DNA from: an uncultured Pelagibacteraceae bacterium
Lineage (GTDB): Bacteria; Pseudomonadota; Alphaproteobacteria; Pelagibacterales; Pelagibacteraceae
Direction of reading: 5' to 3'
Length of the DNA: 64,000 bases
NCBI GenBank assembly: GCA_902597055.1
Contig: CACJWG010000005.1
Coordinates: forward strand, 538-64,537
Made by a program: the position numbers and the translations under genes. This document shows positions 53,086 through 64,000 of this stretch, piece by piece. Numbering within the stretch: position 1 is the first letter of the stretch; each line of letters starts with the position of its first letter. The notes under the pieces were generated by a model. It ran no database searches. It was given only the letters and a program-made list of their open reading frames with translations, and had not been told where the DNA came from.

Positions 53086-54894
53086 ATGTCTAATCTCAAT
53101 AATATTAGAAATTTTGCTATCATCGCTCATATAGATCATGGCAAATCAACAATAGCAGATAGAATAATACATAAGTGCGGAGGTTTGACAGAAAGAGAGA
53201 TGAAAGATCAAGTACTAGACTCTATGGATATTGAAAGAGAGCGAGGAATCACGATTAAAGCACAAACAGTAAAACTTAATTATAAGGCAAAAGATGGCAA
53301 AGAATACATACTGAATATTATTGATACACCAGGTCATGTAGATTTCAGTTATGAGGTTAGTCGATCACTTTACGCATGTGAAGGATCCATATTAATTGTC
53401 GATAGCACCCAAGGTGTTGAAGCACAAACACTTGCTAATGTTTATCAGGCGCTGGATATAAACCATGAAATAATACCTGTTTTAAATAAAATTGATTTAC
53501 CCGCATCTGATTTAGACAGAACAAAAAAACAAATAGAAGATGTAATAGGTATAGATACATCAAATGCAGTTCCTTGTTCAGGAAAAACAGGTGAGGGTAT
53601 AGAAGATATTTTAGAGTCAATTGTCTCATCATTACCACCACCAAAAGGAGAAACAGAAGAACAATTGAAATGTTTACTAGTAGATAGTTGGTATGACTCA
53701 TACTTAGGAGTTATCATTCTAATAAGAGTAATAGATGGAACACTTAAAAAAAATATGAAAATTAAAATGATGTCTACAGATCAAGAATATCTAGTGGAAA
53801 AAGTAGGAGTTTTCACACCAAAAGCAAAAGATATAGATGAATTAAAATCAGGAGAAATAGGATTTATAATTACGGGAATTAAAAATTTATCCGATACAAA
53901 AGTTGGTGATACTATTTGCGAGGCTCAAAATCCCCTCAAAAAAGCTTTACCCGGTTTCAAACCAAGTAAACCAGTAGTCTTTTGTGGCTTGTTCCCAGTT
54001 GATAGTTCAGAATATCAAAAATTAAAAGATGGATTAGCAAAACTACAATTAAACGACTCGAGCTTTTCTTATGAGGCAGAGTCATCTTCGGCACTGGGTT
54101 TAGGATTTCGTTGCGGATTTTTAGGTTTGCTTCATCTTGAAATAATTACCGAGAGACTAGAAAGAGAATTTGATATAAATTTATTAACCACAACTCCAGG
54201 AGTTGTTTATAAAGTCCATTTAAACAATGGCAAAATTCAGGACTTGCAAAACCCTTCAAACTTACCTGATCCAACCTTAATAAAATTTATAGAAGAGCCA
54301 TGGATAAAAGCTACAATAATTACTCCTGATCAATATTTGGGATCTATCATGAAACTTTGCCAAAATAAGAGGGGGATTCAAAAAAATTTAAATTATTCAG
54401 GTAATAGAGCTGTATTAAATTATGAGATACCCTTAAATGAAGTCGTTTTTGATTTTAATGATAGGCTAAAATCTATGACAAGTGGATATGCAAGTTTTGA
54501 TTATGAAATCATGGGTCACAAAGAAGGTGATTTAGTAAAATTGGGAATTTTAGTAAACGCTGAGCCAGTTGATGCACTTGCAATGATGGTTCACAAAGAT
54601 TTTGCACAAACTATTGGTCGAGAAGTGTGTGAAAAATTAAAAGACCTTATTCCTCGTCACAACTTTATGATTCCTGTACAAGCAGCAATTGGGGGAAAAA
54701 TTATCGCTAGAGAAACTATAAAGGGTTTTAAAAAAGATGTTCTTACAAAAATACACGGTGGTGGAGCAAGGGACAGAAAAAGAAAACTTTTGGATAAACA
54801 AAAAAAAGGAAAAGCCAGATCAAAACAATTTGGCAGAGTAGAGATACCACAAGAGGCTTTTATTGGAGTTTTGAAAATTAATAAAGAGAAATAA
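53086..54894 (+). CDS. lepA: Elongation factor 4
   Basis: [36 protein letters not shown]. Confidence 0.98.
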   Translation: MSNLNNIRNFAIIAHIDHGKSTIADRIIHKCGGLTEREMKDQVLDSMDIERERGITIKAQTVKLNYKAKDGKEYILNIIDTPGHVDFSYEVSRSLYACEGSILIVDSTQGVEAQTLANVYQALDINHEIIPVLNKIDLPASDLDRTKKQIEDVIGIDTSNAVPCSGKTGEGIEDILESIVSSLPPPKGETEEQLKCLLVDSWYDSYLGVIILIRVIDGTLKKNMKIKMMSTDQEYLVEKVGVFTPKAKDIDELKSGEIGFIITGIKNLSDTKVGDTICEAQNPLKKALPGFKPSKPVVFCGLFPVDSSEYQKLKDGLAKLQLNDSSFSYEAESSSALGLGFRCGFLGLLHLEIITERLEREFDINLLTTTPGVVYKVHLNNGKIQDLQNPSNLPDPTLIKFIEEPWIKATIITPDQYLGSIMKLCQNKRGIQKNLNYSGNRAVLNYEIPLNEVVFDFNDRLKSMTSGYASFDYEIMGHKEGDLVKLGILVNAEPVDALAMMVHKDFAQTIGREVCEKLKDLIPRHNFMIPVQAAIGGKIIARETIKGFKKDVLTKIHGGGARDRKRKLLDKQKKGKARSKQFGRVEIPQEAFIGVLKINKEK

Positions 54895-54895
54895 A

Positions 54896-55705
54896 ATGAT
54901 TTATGACTGTTTTTCTTACTGGGATGAGGATTTATTATTAGACCTAAGACTCAATATTTTAAATAAAGATGTTGATTTTTTTGTAATAGTGGAGGGAGAT
55001 AAAACATGGCAAAATAATTCAAAAAAACTGAGATTTGACATTAATAAGTTTGAAAAATTTAGGGATAAGATCATTTATATTCCAGTTACAGATATGCCAG
55101 ATGGTACCGATCCTTATTTAAGGGAAAATTTTCAGAGAAATGCAATTTCAAGAGGTCTAGAGAAGTGTAAAGACGATGATTTTATAATTATATCAGATTT
55201 AGATGAGATCCCAAATCCAAGCCGATTGAAAAACTTTAATAAAAAGATGAGATACGCTGTATTTAAACAAAATCATTATTACTATAAATTTAATTTACAG
55301 AGTGAGAATGAACCATTTTGGTACGGTAGTAGAATATGTGTAAAAAAATACCTTAAATCACCACAATGGTTAAGAAATCTTAAATTTAAGAAGCGACCTT
55401 TTTGGAGGTTAGATAAGTATAGATTAAACAACATTTTAGATAACGGTGGTTGGCATTTTTGTAATTTAAAAAAGCCAGAAGAACTTTTGTATAAATATAA
55501 AAATTTATGTGAAACTAATGATCCAGTGAATTTTAAAGAAAAAATTGACGAGAAATATTTATCTTTAAATTCAATTAATAAAATGATTTCAGAAAAAAAG
55601 GATATTATTGGTAGAAACCATTCCTTTAAAAAAATTTCAATAGATGAGTCCTTTCCAAAATATTTTTTAAATAATTTAAAAAACTATGAGGAGTGGGTTG
55701 ATTGA
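54896..55705 (+). CDS. GT17-like (GnT-III-like) glycosyltransferase
   Basis: MIYDCF, FVIVE, RENFQRN, ISDLDEIP, GGWHF. Confidence 0.8.
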   Translation: MIYDCFSYWDEDLLLDLRLNILNKDVDFFVIVEGDKTWQNNSKKLRFDINKFEKFRDKIIYIPVTDMPDGTDPYLRENFQRNAISRGLEKCKDDDFIIISDLDEIPNPSRLKNFNKKMRYAVFKQNHYYYKFNLQSENEPFWYGSRICVKKYLKSPQWLRNLKFKKRPFWRLDKYRLNNILDNGGWHFCNLKKPEELLYKYKNLCETNDPVNFKEKIDEKYLSLNSINKMISEKKDIIGRNHSFKKISIDESFPKYFLNNLKNYEEWVD

Positions 55706-56776
55706 TTACAAGTTATTTTCCATTTCATTAACAGATAAAAATATATCACCATTTACTCTTTCTTTTTCATTCAACTCTTTTGTTCTGATAAATTTAAAGT
55801 TTAAATTTTTAACTTTTGCAATTGTTTCATCTACGGTATTTGGATGGTTCTCGGGAATAATATCTAAAACTTTTGTGTTTTCTTTACAAAAAATTAAATT
55901 TGTAAATGCAGCACCATGTGCCCCAATAACAATTTTAGCGTTTTGAAATAGGTATATTTGTTCAAAAAAATTTAATTCACCTACTTTATAAACTGTAAAA
56001 CCTTTCCTTTTTAAATAGGTTTTTATTTCTTCATCATTTATGATTTGGCAATGATTGTATTTAGACTCTCTTCTATCTATGAATATTTTGTCATTACACT
56101 CAAATTTTTTTCCATATTTTTCAAATTTAAAAGCAATTTCATTTATGATCCAACTTGGTAAATTTTTTGCCTCGTTAAGAATTAAACCTTTGCTATACCA
56201 AGGGTGTGATACGGCTAAAATTTTATCAGCCTGTATATGACGATATAAATTACTATTAATTAATTTATCATTACCAATATTAAAAATTGAAAGTGTAGAT
56301 AGCTGCCAGGGTTTTATTTGGGGGCAATAAAAAAAATTAATGTCATTAAAATTATAAAATTTTTCTAAAATGATTAATCTTGGCAATATATCAAACATCC
56401 AATGAAAATAATTGTTGTTTCCACTTGCTCCCTGAACTAGAGAAAAAACCTTTCCATTAAATTTTTTTTTAAACTTCGGTGTACCTTTTTTTATAACCAC
56501 GTTAAACTTTGGATCCTTAAATTCCCCCTTTACCTGTTGATAAGACACGAAGTCTATAATTTGATTTTTGTTAATTACGGCAACATGTTCAATATAATCA
56601 GTAAATATCCTCCCATTATTTATTTCAATAAATTTATAATTATTTTCTTCTTTATTTACCTCTTTAATTTTCACATCGTTATCATTTTGATTTAAAAAAA
56701 CGATTTTTCCATAGATTATTTGAAACAACTTTGAGATTATAAATTTATAAATAAATTGTAATTTTTTTCTTACCAT
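55706..56776 (-). CDS. GT61/DUF563-family glycosyltransferase
   Basis: NYFHWMFDILPR, EQIYLF, GAHGAAFTN. Confidence 0.82.
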   Translation of the reverse strand: MVRKKLQFIYKFIISKLFQIIYGKIVFLNQNDNDVKIKEVNKEENNYKFIEINNGRIFTDYIEHVAVINKNQIIDFVSYQQVKGEFKDPKFNVVIKKGTPKFKKKFNGKVFSLVQGASGNNNYFHWMFDILPRLIILEKFYNFNDINFFYCPQIKPWQLSTLSIFNIGNDKLINSNLYRHIQADKILAVSHPWYSKGLILNEAKNLPSWIINEIAFKFEKYGKKFECNDKIFIDRRESKYNHCQIINDEEIKTYLKRKGFTVYKVGELNFFEQIYLFQNAKIVIGAHGAAFTNLIFCKENTKVLDIIPENHPNTVDETIAKVKNLNFKFIRTKELNEKERVNGDIFLSVNEMENNL

Positions 56777-56789
56777 AGCTATTGTTTAT

Positions 56790-57563
56790 TTATTTGATGT
56801 ATTTTTTTTTCCATCTAAATAGTTTTTTTTTAAATTTTATTTTTATGTTTAAAAGTCTATCAAATAAAAAATATTTTTGACCTAGAAACGTATTTTCCTT
56901 TTGATCGATTAGGGAACAGTGAACATCTAACCAACCATTTTGTTTTAATTTAAATTCTAGGAATTTGCTGAAATTTTTATATGAAATCCAAGGCCCTTTT
57001 ATATCATTACCAAATGGACCCGCAGAATTCTCTATAAAATTTTCATAAACTATATGAACATTGTGACCATTTACTAATTTAAATGAGCAATCCTCTTTAA
57101 ATTTTGAAAATAGATAAAAATCGTTAATCTTTTTTATTTCTGCAGAAATATAATTAAATTTAATATTATTATGTAAAATTCTATTTAAAACTATATGATC
57201 ATATTCTTCTAGATCAATTTTTATATAATGTGCAGTTCCATATTTTTCGATTAATTCCAAAATATCGATATGACTTAACTCTATCTTTTTAAAGTCATCA
57301 ATAATTTTTGGTTCTGGAAATTGGCCAAGTAAATAATTTTTTTTGTGCACATAAAAGCTCGCATTATTAATATTTGGATCTATCCCAACAATGCAATTAA
57401 GTAAAATTAATTTTTGATTTTTAATTTCATTTAAAAATTTGTCGTAGATATATTTATAATTTTCTGGGTTTGCTTCTACCGCTATCACTTTGTCTGAATT
57501 TGATAAATAGTAATTTAAATTTTCCCCTCTACATGCGCCCAGATCATAAATAGTTTTTTTCAT
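56790..57563 (-). CDS. FkbM-family methyltransferase
   Basis: IYDLGACRG, VIAVEANP, YIKIDLE. Confidence 0.8.
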   Translation of the reverse strand: MKKTIYDLGACRGENLNYYLSNSDKVIAVEANPENYKYIYDKFLNEIKNQKLILLNCIVGIDPNINNASFYVHKKNYLLGQFPEPKIIDDFKKIELSHIDILELIEKYGTAHYIKIDLEEYDHIVLNRILHNNIKFNYISAEIKKINDFYLFSKFKEDCSFKLVNGHNVHIVYENFIENSAGPFGNDIKGPWISYKNFSKFLEFKLKQNGWLDVHCSLIDQKENTFLGQKYFLFDRLLNIKIKFKKKLFRWKKKYIK

Positions 57564-57615
57564 AGATAATTGGCAAATATTATATATTATAAATTCAATT
57601 CAAAATAACTTAAAA

Positions 57616-58443
57616 ATGGCTGAAAAAAAATTAATCGATCTTTTTAATGAGAGCCAATATTACTCATTAAAATATAAAAATTATTTTCCTATTTATGAAA
57701 AACTTTTTGATAAGTACAGGGATAAAAAAATTACTTTTGTAGAGATAGGTGTTTTATCTGGTGGCTCATTGAAAATGTGGAAAAAATATTTTGGAGAGGG
57801 ATCTAGAATTATCGGAATTGACTTAAATCCTAAAGCTAAAAATTTTGAAGATGATGAAATAGAAATTTTTATAGGAAGTCAATCTGACCAAAGTTTTTGG
57901 GAAAATTTTTTCAAAAAAGTTGGAAAAGTCGATATAATTTTGGATGATGGTGGTCATACTAATTTTCAACAAATAATGACTACTTGTTGTGCAGTCCCAA
58001 ATATTAATGATGATGGGTTATTAGTTGTTGAGGACGTGTTTCATAGTTACGGTGTTAGTTATGGAGCTAAGGGATTTTTTAATCCATCAAAATATTCATT
58101 TATCAATTTTTGTAAGAAAACAATCGATGATATAAATTATAGATTTCCAGAAACTAAGAAATTCAATTTTTCATTGAATAAGTATATTCATTCAGTAGAA
58201 ATATTTGAGTCTATTGTAGCTTTCAAAATAAGTGAAAGTCTTTGTAAGATTAAGAATGAAGTTCTTTATAACAAAGGCAAAAATTTTGAACTAAAAGATT
58301 ATGCTCATATTCACGATCCAAATACACCTGGTAGCAATAAATTCGTAGTATTCATAAAAAATCTTTACCCAAAATTTAGGGGAACCTTGAAATATTTTGT
58401 GTTTAAAATAAATGAGAGATTTCTAAAAAAGTTTTTTAAGTAA
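57616..58443 (+). CDS. Class I SAM-dependent (sugar O-)methyltransferase
   Basis: VEIGVLSGGSL, IGIDLN, DIILDDGGH, LVVED. Confidence 0.8.
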   Translation: MAEKKLIDLFNESQYYSLKYKNYFPIYEKLFDKYRDKKITFVEIGVLSGGSLKMWKKYFGEGSRIIGIDLNPKAKNFEDDEIEIFIGSQSDQSFWENFFKKVGKVDIILDDGGHTNFQQIMTTCCAVPNINDDGLLVVEDVFHSYGVSYGAKGFFNPSKYSFINFCKKTIDDINYRFPETKKFNFSLNKYIHSVEIFESIVAFKISESLCKIKNEVLYNKGKNFELKDYAHIHDPNTPGSNKFVVFIKNLYPKFRGTLKYFVFKINERFLKKFFK

Positions 58444-59235
58444 CTATTTGTTTAAATTGGTATCAAAATATACATATGGCCAATCTAGGGTATTACAATT
58501 TCTTTTAAACCAAAAAGGCAAATATCTTTCAGCTAAAAACCCATAGATTCTTTTTTTACCAAATGTATTTAACTTAATATCTTTAAATTCTTGTTCACAT
58601 TTAAAAAGCCAAGTAAATACATCATCATAAAACTGAGAGAGTAAATTAGGACTTTTGCAAATAAACAGATTATGCGGATTAAATTCAAAACTATTTAAAT
58701 ATATTTTAAAATCCTTTTTTATTTCTGGTTCAAGAAGATCTAAGGCTGTATCTAAAAAAAAACTTCCATGATATAAATTGAAGTGTTCCTCAATTGTACA
58801 TTCTCTAAACATCAAAGATGGTTTTCTTATTGTATAAGCCAAATTATTTTTAAGAAGTTTCATAAGTTTTTGTTTACCTAGCCTAAGAGGTTCTGCTAGA
58901 ATTACGTCATATTCCTTCCAAATACTAGGCACTTCTTTTAAAATAGCTGAACCCAAATCTTTTATTGTTTTTGGGTCTGAATAATTTTGCTTAACCCAGA
59001 ATCTCCTATAAGTGCAAAAACCTATCCAATCATTATTTAGTTTATTGTTTTTCCATAAATTATAATGAAAAGTATATTCACCAAAGTTTGCATTTTTTGA
59101 TGAAATGTTAAATTTTCCTTTATCATCAAGCCAAACATGATCAAAATTTCTTTCGCCAACCCCGACAGGGATTAAATGATTATCTCTAAAAAAATTATAA
59201 TTTTCATTATAAATTGAAATGCAGTAAATTTTCAT
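58444..59235 (-). CDS. DUF4422-like polysaccharide biosynthesis protein
   Basis: NISSKNANFGEYT, IGFCTYRRF, RIYGFLAERY. Confidence 0.78.
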   Translation of the reverse strand: MKIYCISIYNENYNFFRDNHLIPVGVGERNFDHVWLDDKGKFNISSKNANFGEYTFHYNLWKNNKLNNDWIGFCTYRRFWVKQNYSDPKTIKDLGSAILKEVPSIWKEYDVILAEPLRLGKQKLMKLLKNNLAYTIRKPSLMFRECTIEEHFNLYHGSFFLDTALDLLEPEIKKDFKIYLNSFEFNPHNLFICKSPNLLSQFYDDVFTWLFKCEQEFKDIKLNTFGKKRIYGFLAERYLPFWFKRNCNTLDWPYVYFDTNLNK

Positions 59236-59417
59236 TTTGAATATAAATTGTATAATTAAATTAACCTTACTTAATCTTTAACGAATTAAAATAGTTTTGT
59301 CTATTTGACGCTTTATATAAATTTTAGTAATTGATCATAAAAGGTCTACCTGTTAATCTAAATTAATGATTTTTTTATTGATGAGCTATTCCTACTAATA
59401 TATTCAACGGATTAATG

Positions 59418-59507
59418 GGAGAGATGGCCGAGTGGTTTAAGGCGCACGCTTGGAAAGCGTGTTTAGGGGAAACTCTTTCGTGGGTTCGAATCCCACTCTC
59501 TCCGCCA
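59418..59507 (+). tRNA. tRNA-Ser(GGA)
   Basis: GGAGAGA/TCTCTCC acceptor, CACGC-TT-GGA-AA-GCGTG anticodon arm, long variable arm, encoded CCA. Confidence 0.96.
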
Positions 59508-59665
59508 TTTAATATTGCTCAAATGAGTTTTTTTGAATTTTAAGATAAAAAAAAAAAAATTGTTAAATTAATCAACAATATTAATACTAATTTGACTTCA
59601 TCTTTTAACTCGATTTCATATAGTCAGTTAAAAATGATATAGTTTTCTTTTCCGTAAAAAAATAA

Positions 59666-61729
<2,064 letters not shown>

Positions 61730-61731
61730 AT

Positions 61732-63012
61732 ATGGAGTCTAAGTCAGTTTCGAAAATATATACACTAAACAAAACTACTTATATCAATCTTCGATGGATA
61801 GCAATTTTAGGTCAGTTCCTAACAGTCAATATTGTAAAATATGTTTTCAATTTTGAATTTGATATTTTAATTGTTAATCTGGTAATAGTTCTAGGAGTCA
61901 TATCCAACATAATTTTAATTTATTTTTATAAAAAAAATATTCTTTCAAATAGAGCTTCATTTTTATTTTTGTTGATAGATATAATTCAATTAAGTTTAAT
62001 ACTTTACTTTTCAGGAGGAGTGATAAATCCTTTTTCAATTTTTTTAATAATTCCAAGCGTTTTTTCCTCGTCTAATCTGTCATTTAAAACTAGTTTATCA
62101 TTAATATTGATAACAATATTTTCAATTTTTTTACTCACCCTTTTCCATAAACATTTAATTTACCCATCAGGCAAAATATTAATCATTAATGACTTTTACA
62201 ATTATGGTACATCCATATCCTTAATTATAGCTCTTATTTTTCTTAATTATTTTGCAATATTATTTGGAAAAGAGTCAAATTTGAGAAAAGAAGCATTAAA
62301 TAAGATTGAAGAATTCATTGCAAAAGAACATGAGTTGGTATCATTGGGAGGACAAGCTGCAGCTGCTGCTCACTCTTTAAACACACCTCTTTCGACTATA
62401 AAAATAATTTCTCAGGATCTTCATGATCAATTTAAGGATAAAAAAGAACTCAAAAAAGACCTTGAATTACTTGTAAACCAAGTTGAAAGATGCAGTCAGA
62501 TCCTTAAAAAATTATCTTTAAATCCTGGTGTTGAAGACGATTTTATTGATCAAGAATGTTCAATGTTTGAATATGTAAGTGAAATAATCAAATCGTTTGA
62601 AGATATTTCAAAAAAGGAATTTATAGTAAACAACAGTCAAGATACGAATTCTTTTAAGATAACAAAATTAGTAGAGATTATTTATGGAATAAGAAATTTT
62701 GTTGGCAATGCAAATAAATTTGCAAAAAAAAAAATATATATATCGATTAAAAGTGATAATCAATTGACTGAGATATCAATAGAGGATGACGGGAATGGTT
62801 ATCCAAAAGATGTTTTGAACAAAATTGGAGAACCCTATATTAAGTCTTCGTCAAATGACGATAAGCCAAAGTCAGGACTAGGTCTTGGAATTTTTATAGG
62901 TAAAACTTTACTTGAAAGAAATGGTGCAAAAGTTGTTTGTAGAAATTCGCAAACTAGATCAGGGGCAGAAGTTTTATTAACTTGGAAAAATAAAGATCTT
63001 AAAAACCTTTAG
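61732..63012 (+). CDS. regB: RegB/PrrB/ActS-family redox sensor histidine kinase
   Basis: LRWIA, GGVINPF quinone-binding motif, AAAAAH H-box, ERC redox Cys, DDGNG, GLGLG. Confidence 0.9.
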   Translation: MESKSVSKIYTLNKTTYINLRWIAILGQFLTVNIVKYVFNFEFDILIVNLVIVLGVISNIILIYFYKKNILSNRASFLFLLIDIIQLSLILYFSGGVINPFSIFLIIPSVFSSSNLSFKTSLSLILITIFSIFLLTLFHKHLIYPSGKILIINDFYNYGTSISLIIALIFLNYFAILFGKESNLRKEALNKIEEFIAKEHELVSLGGQAAAAAHSLNTPLSTIKIISQDLHDQFKDKKELKKDLELLVNQVERCSQILKKLSLNPGVEDDFIDQECSMFEYVSEIIKSFEDISKKEFIVNNSQDTNSFKITKLVEIIYGIRNFVGNANKFAKKKIYISIKSDNQLTEISIEDDGNGYPKDVLNKIGEPYIKSSSNDDKPKSGLGLGIFIGKTLLERNGAKVVCRNSQTRSGAEVLLTWKNKDLKNL

Positions 63013-64000
63013 TTTAATTTTTTTGGATTTTTCTTTTTTTCAAACAAATTGCTAAGTTGAGATATCATAACATCACCTAATTCTTGAACATCTGAAATTT
63101 TAATTGCCTTTTTATAATATCTTGAAACGTCATGACCAATACCAATTGCAAGTAGTTCGATGTCTGAGTTAGCTTCTATAAATTTTACAGTTCTTTTTAA
63201 ATGTTTCTCTAAATAGTCGCCTGAGTTTACCGACAACGTGGAGTCGTCAACAGGAGCTCCATCAGAAATAACCATCATTATCTTTCTCTCTTCTTTTCGT
63301 TTAATAAGTCTATTAAATGCCCAAAGAATTGCTTCTCCATCAATATTTTCTTTAAGTAATCCTTCTTTAAGCATTAATCCAAGATTTTTTTTTGATTGTC
63401 TCCAGTGCACATCAGCTGCTTTATAAATAATATGTCTTAAATCATTGAGTCTTCCTGGATTTTTTGGTTTACCATTCTTACTCCATTTTTCTCTTGCCTC
63501 TCCACCTTTCCAATTTTTTGTTGTAAAACCGAGTATCTCTACTTTGACATTACATCTTTCAAGTGTTCTTGAAAGTATATCTGCACATAATGCAGCAATA
63601 GTTATTGGTCTTCCCCGCATTGATCCTGAGTTATCAATTAAAAGTGTTACCATGGTATCTTTAAATTCGTAATCTTTTTCTTTTTTAAATGATAGAGAAT
63701 TTTGTGGATCTATAATTATTCTGCTTAATTTCGAACTATCTAACAAACCTTCTTCCAGATCATATTCCCACGATCTATTTTGTTTTGCTAATAATTGTCT
63801 TTGCAATTTGTTAGCAAGTTTAGTTATAACATCCTGGAAACTAGTAAGTTGTTGATCTAGATTATTTCTTAGTTTTTTAATTTCGTCGTCTTTTTCCAAA
63901 TTTTCAGCTTTTTCAATTTCATCAAAATCACTTGTAAAAATTTTATACTCTTTGTTGCCTTTTGAAATGTTTAGTTTTTGAATGATATTTTCTACATTTT
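63009..64000 (-). CDS. cobT: CobT-family vWA protein (5' part outside window)
   Basis: [35 protein letters not shown]. Frame stays open to the window edge ([10 protein letters not shown]). Confidence 0.92.
   Translation of the reverse strand, partial: NVENIIQKLNISKGNKEYKIFTSDFDEIEKAENLEKDDEIKKLRNNLDQQLTSFQDVITKLANKLQRQLLAKQNRSWEYDLEEGLLDSSKLSRIIIDPQNSLSFKKEKDYEFKDTMVTLLIDNSGSMRGRPITIAALCADILSRTLERCNVKVEILGFTTKNWKGGEAREKWSKNGKPKNPGRLNDLRHIIYKAADVHWRQSKKNLGLMLKEGLLKENIDGEAILWAFNRLIKRKEERKIMMVISDGAPVDDSTLSVNSGDYLEKHLKRTVKFIEANSDIELLAIGIGHDVSRYYKKAIKISDVQELGDVMISQLSNLFEKKKNPKKLN

Noticed and set aside
59236-59417. TTAA-rich spacer as CtrA sites or an ncRNA
   Set aside because: The pairs I checked are TTAA-N6-TTAA rather than N7, and I saw no convincing structure.
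63009-63899. cobT start at 63899 as in the ORF track
   Set aside because: The frame is open to the window edge with CobT-like sequence, so the real start lies outside the window.

Overview
This is a very AT-rich, densely packed core-genome segment of a streamlined marine alphaproteobacterium. Gene content, synteny and the near absence of intergenic DNA point to SAR11/Pelagibacterales (inference). In order it carries fabI-fabB-fabA, irr, a katG cluster, a peroxiredoxin, moeB-dut-coaBC-ubiB-ubiE, mutM, rpsT, dnaA-dnaN, plsC-lysA-argH, coq7-dsbB, tRNA-Leu, fadD, carD-fdxA-terB-helicase, tRNA-Arg, a thiolase, aceE-aceF, gltD-gltB, thrS-infC-rpmI-rplT-pheS-pheT-lepA, a five-gene glycan-modification islet, tRNA-Ser, gyrB-regB and a partial cobT. 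I saw no integrase, transposase, prophage or CRISPR array. The strongest signals outside the supplied ORF track are: (1) a stand-alone 23-aa protamine-like peptide gene (MAKRRKKAKKKAKKKAKKRRRRR) with its own promoter, RBS, GANTC sites and terminator, converging on a CarD with a basic AT-hook-like extension; (2) a 59-aa, 8-Cys protein behind Fur-box-like sites, at the end of an Irr/ICE-box-controlled katG cluster. Within annotated genes, the pyruvate dehydrogenase has its lipoyl domain fused to E1 while E2 has none. There are also NrdR-like boxes before dnaA and a helicase, and a shortened GyrB with an extra TOPRIM loop. All calls come from reading the sequence by eye; no database searches were run.
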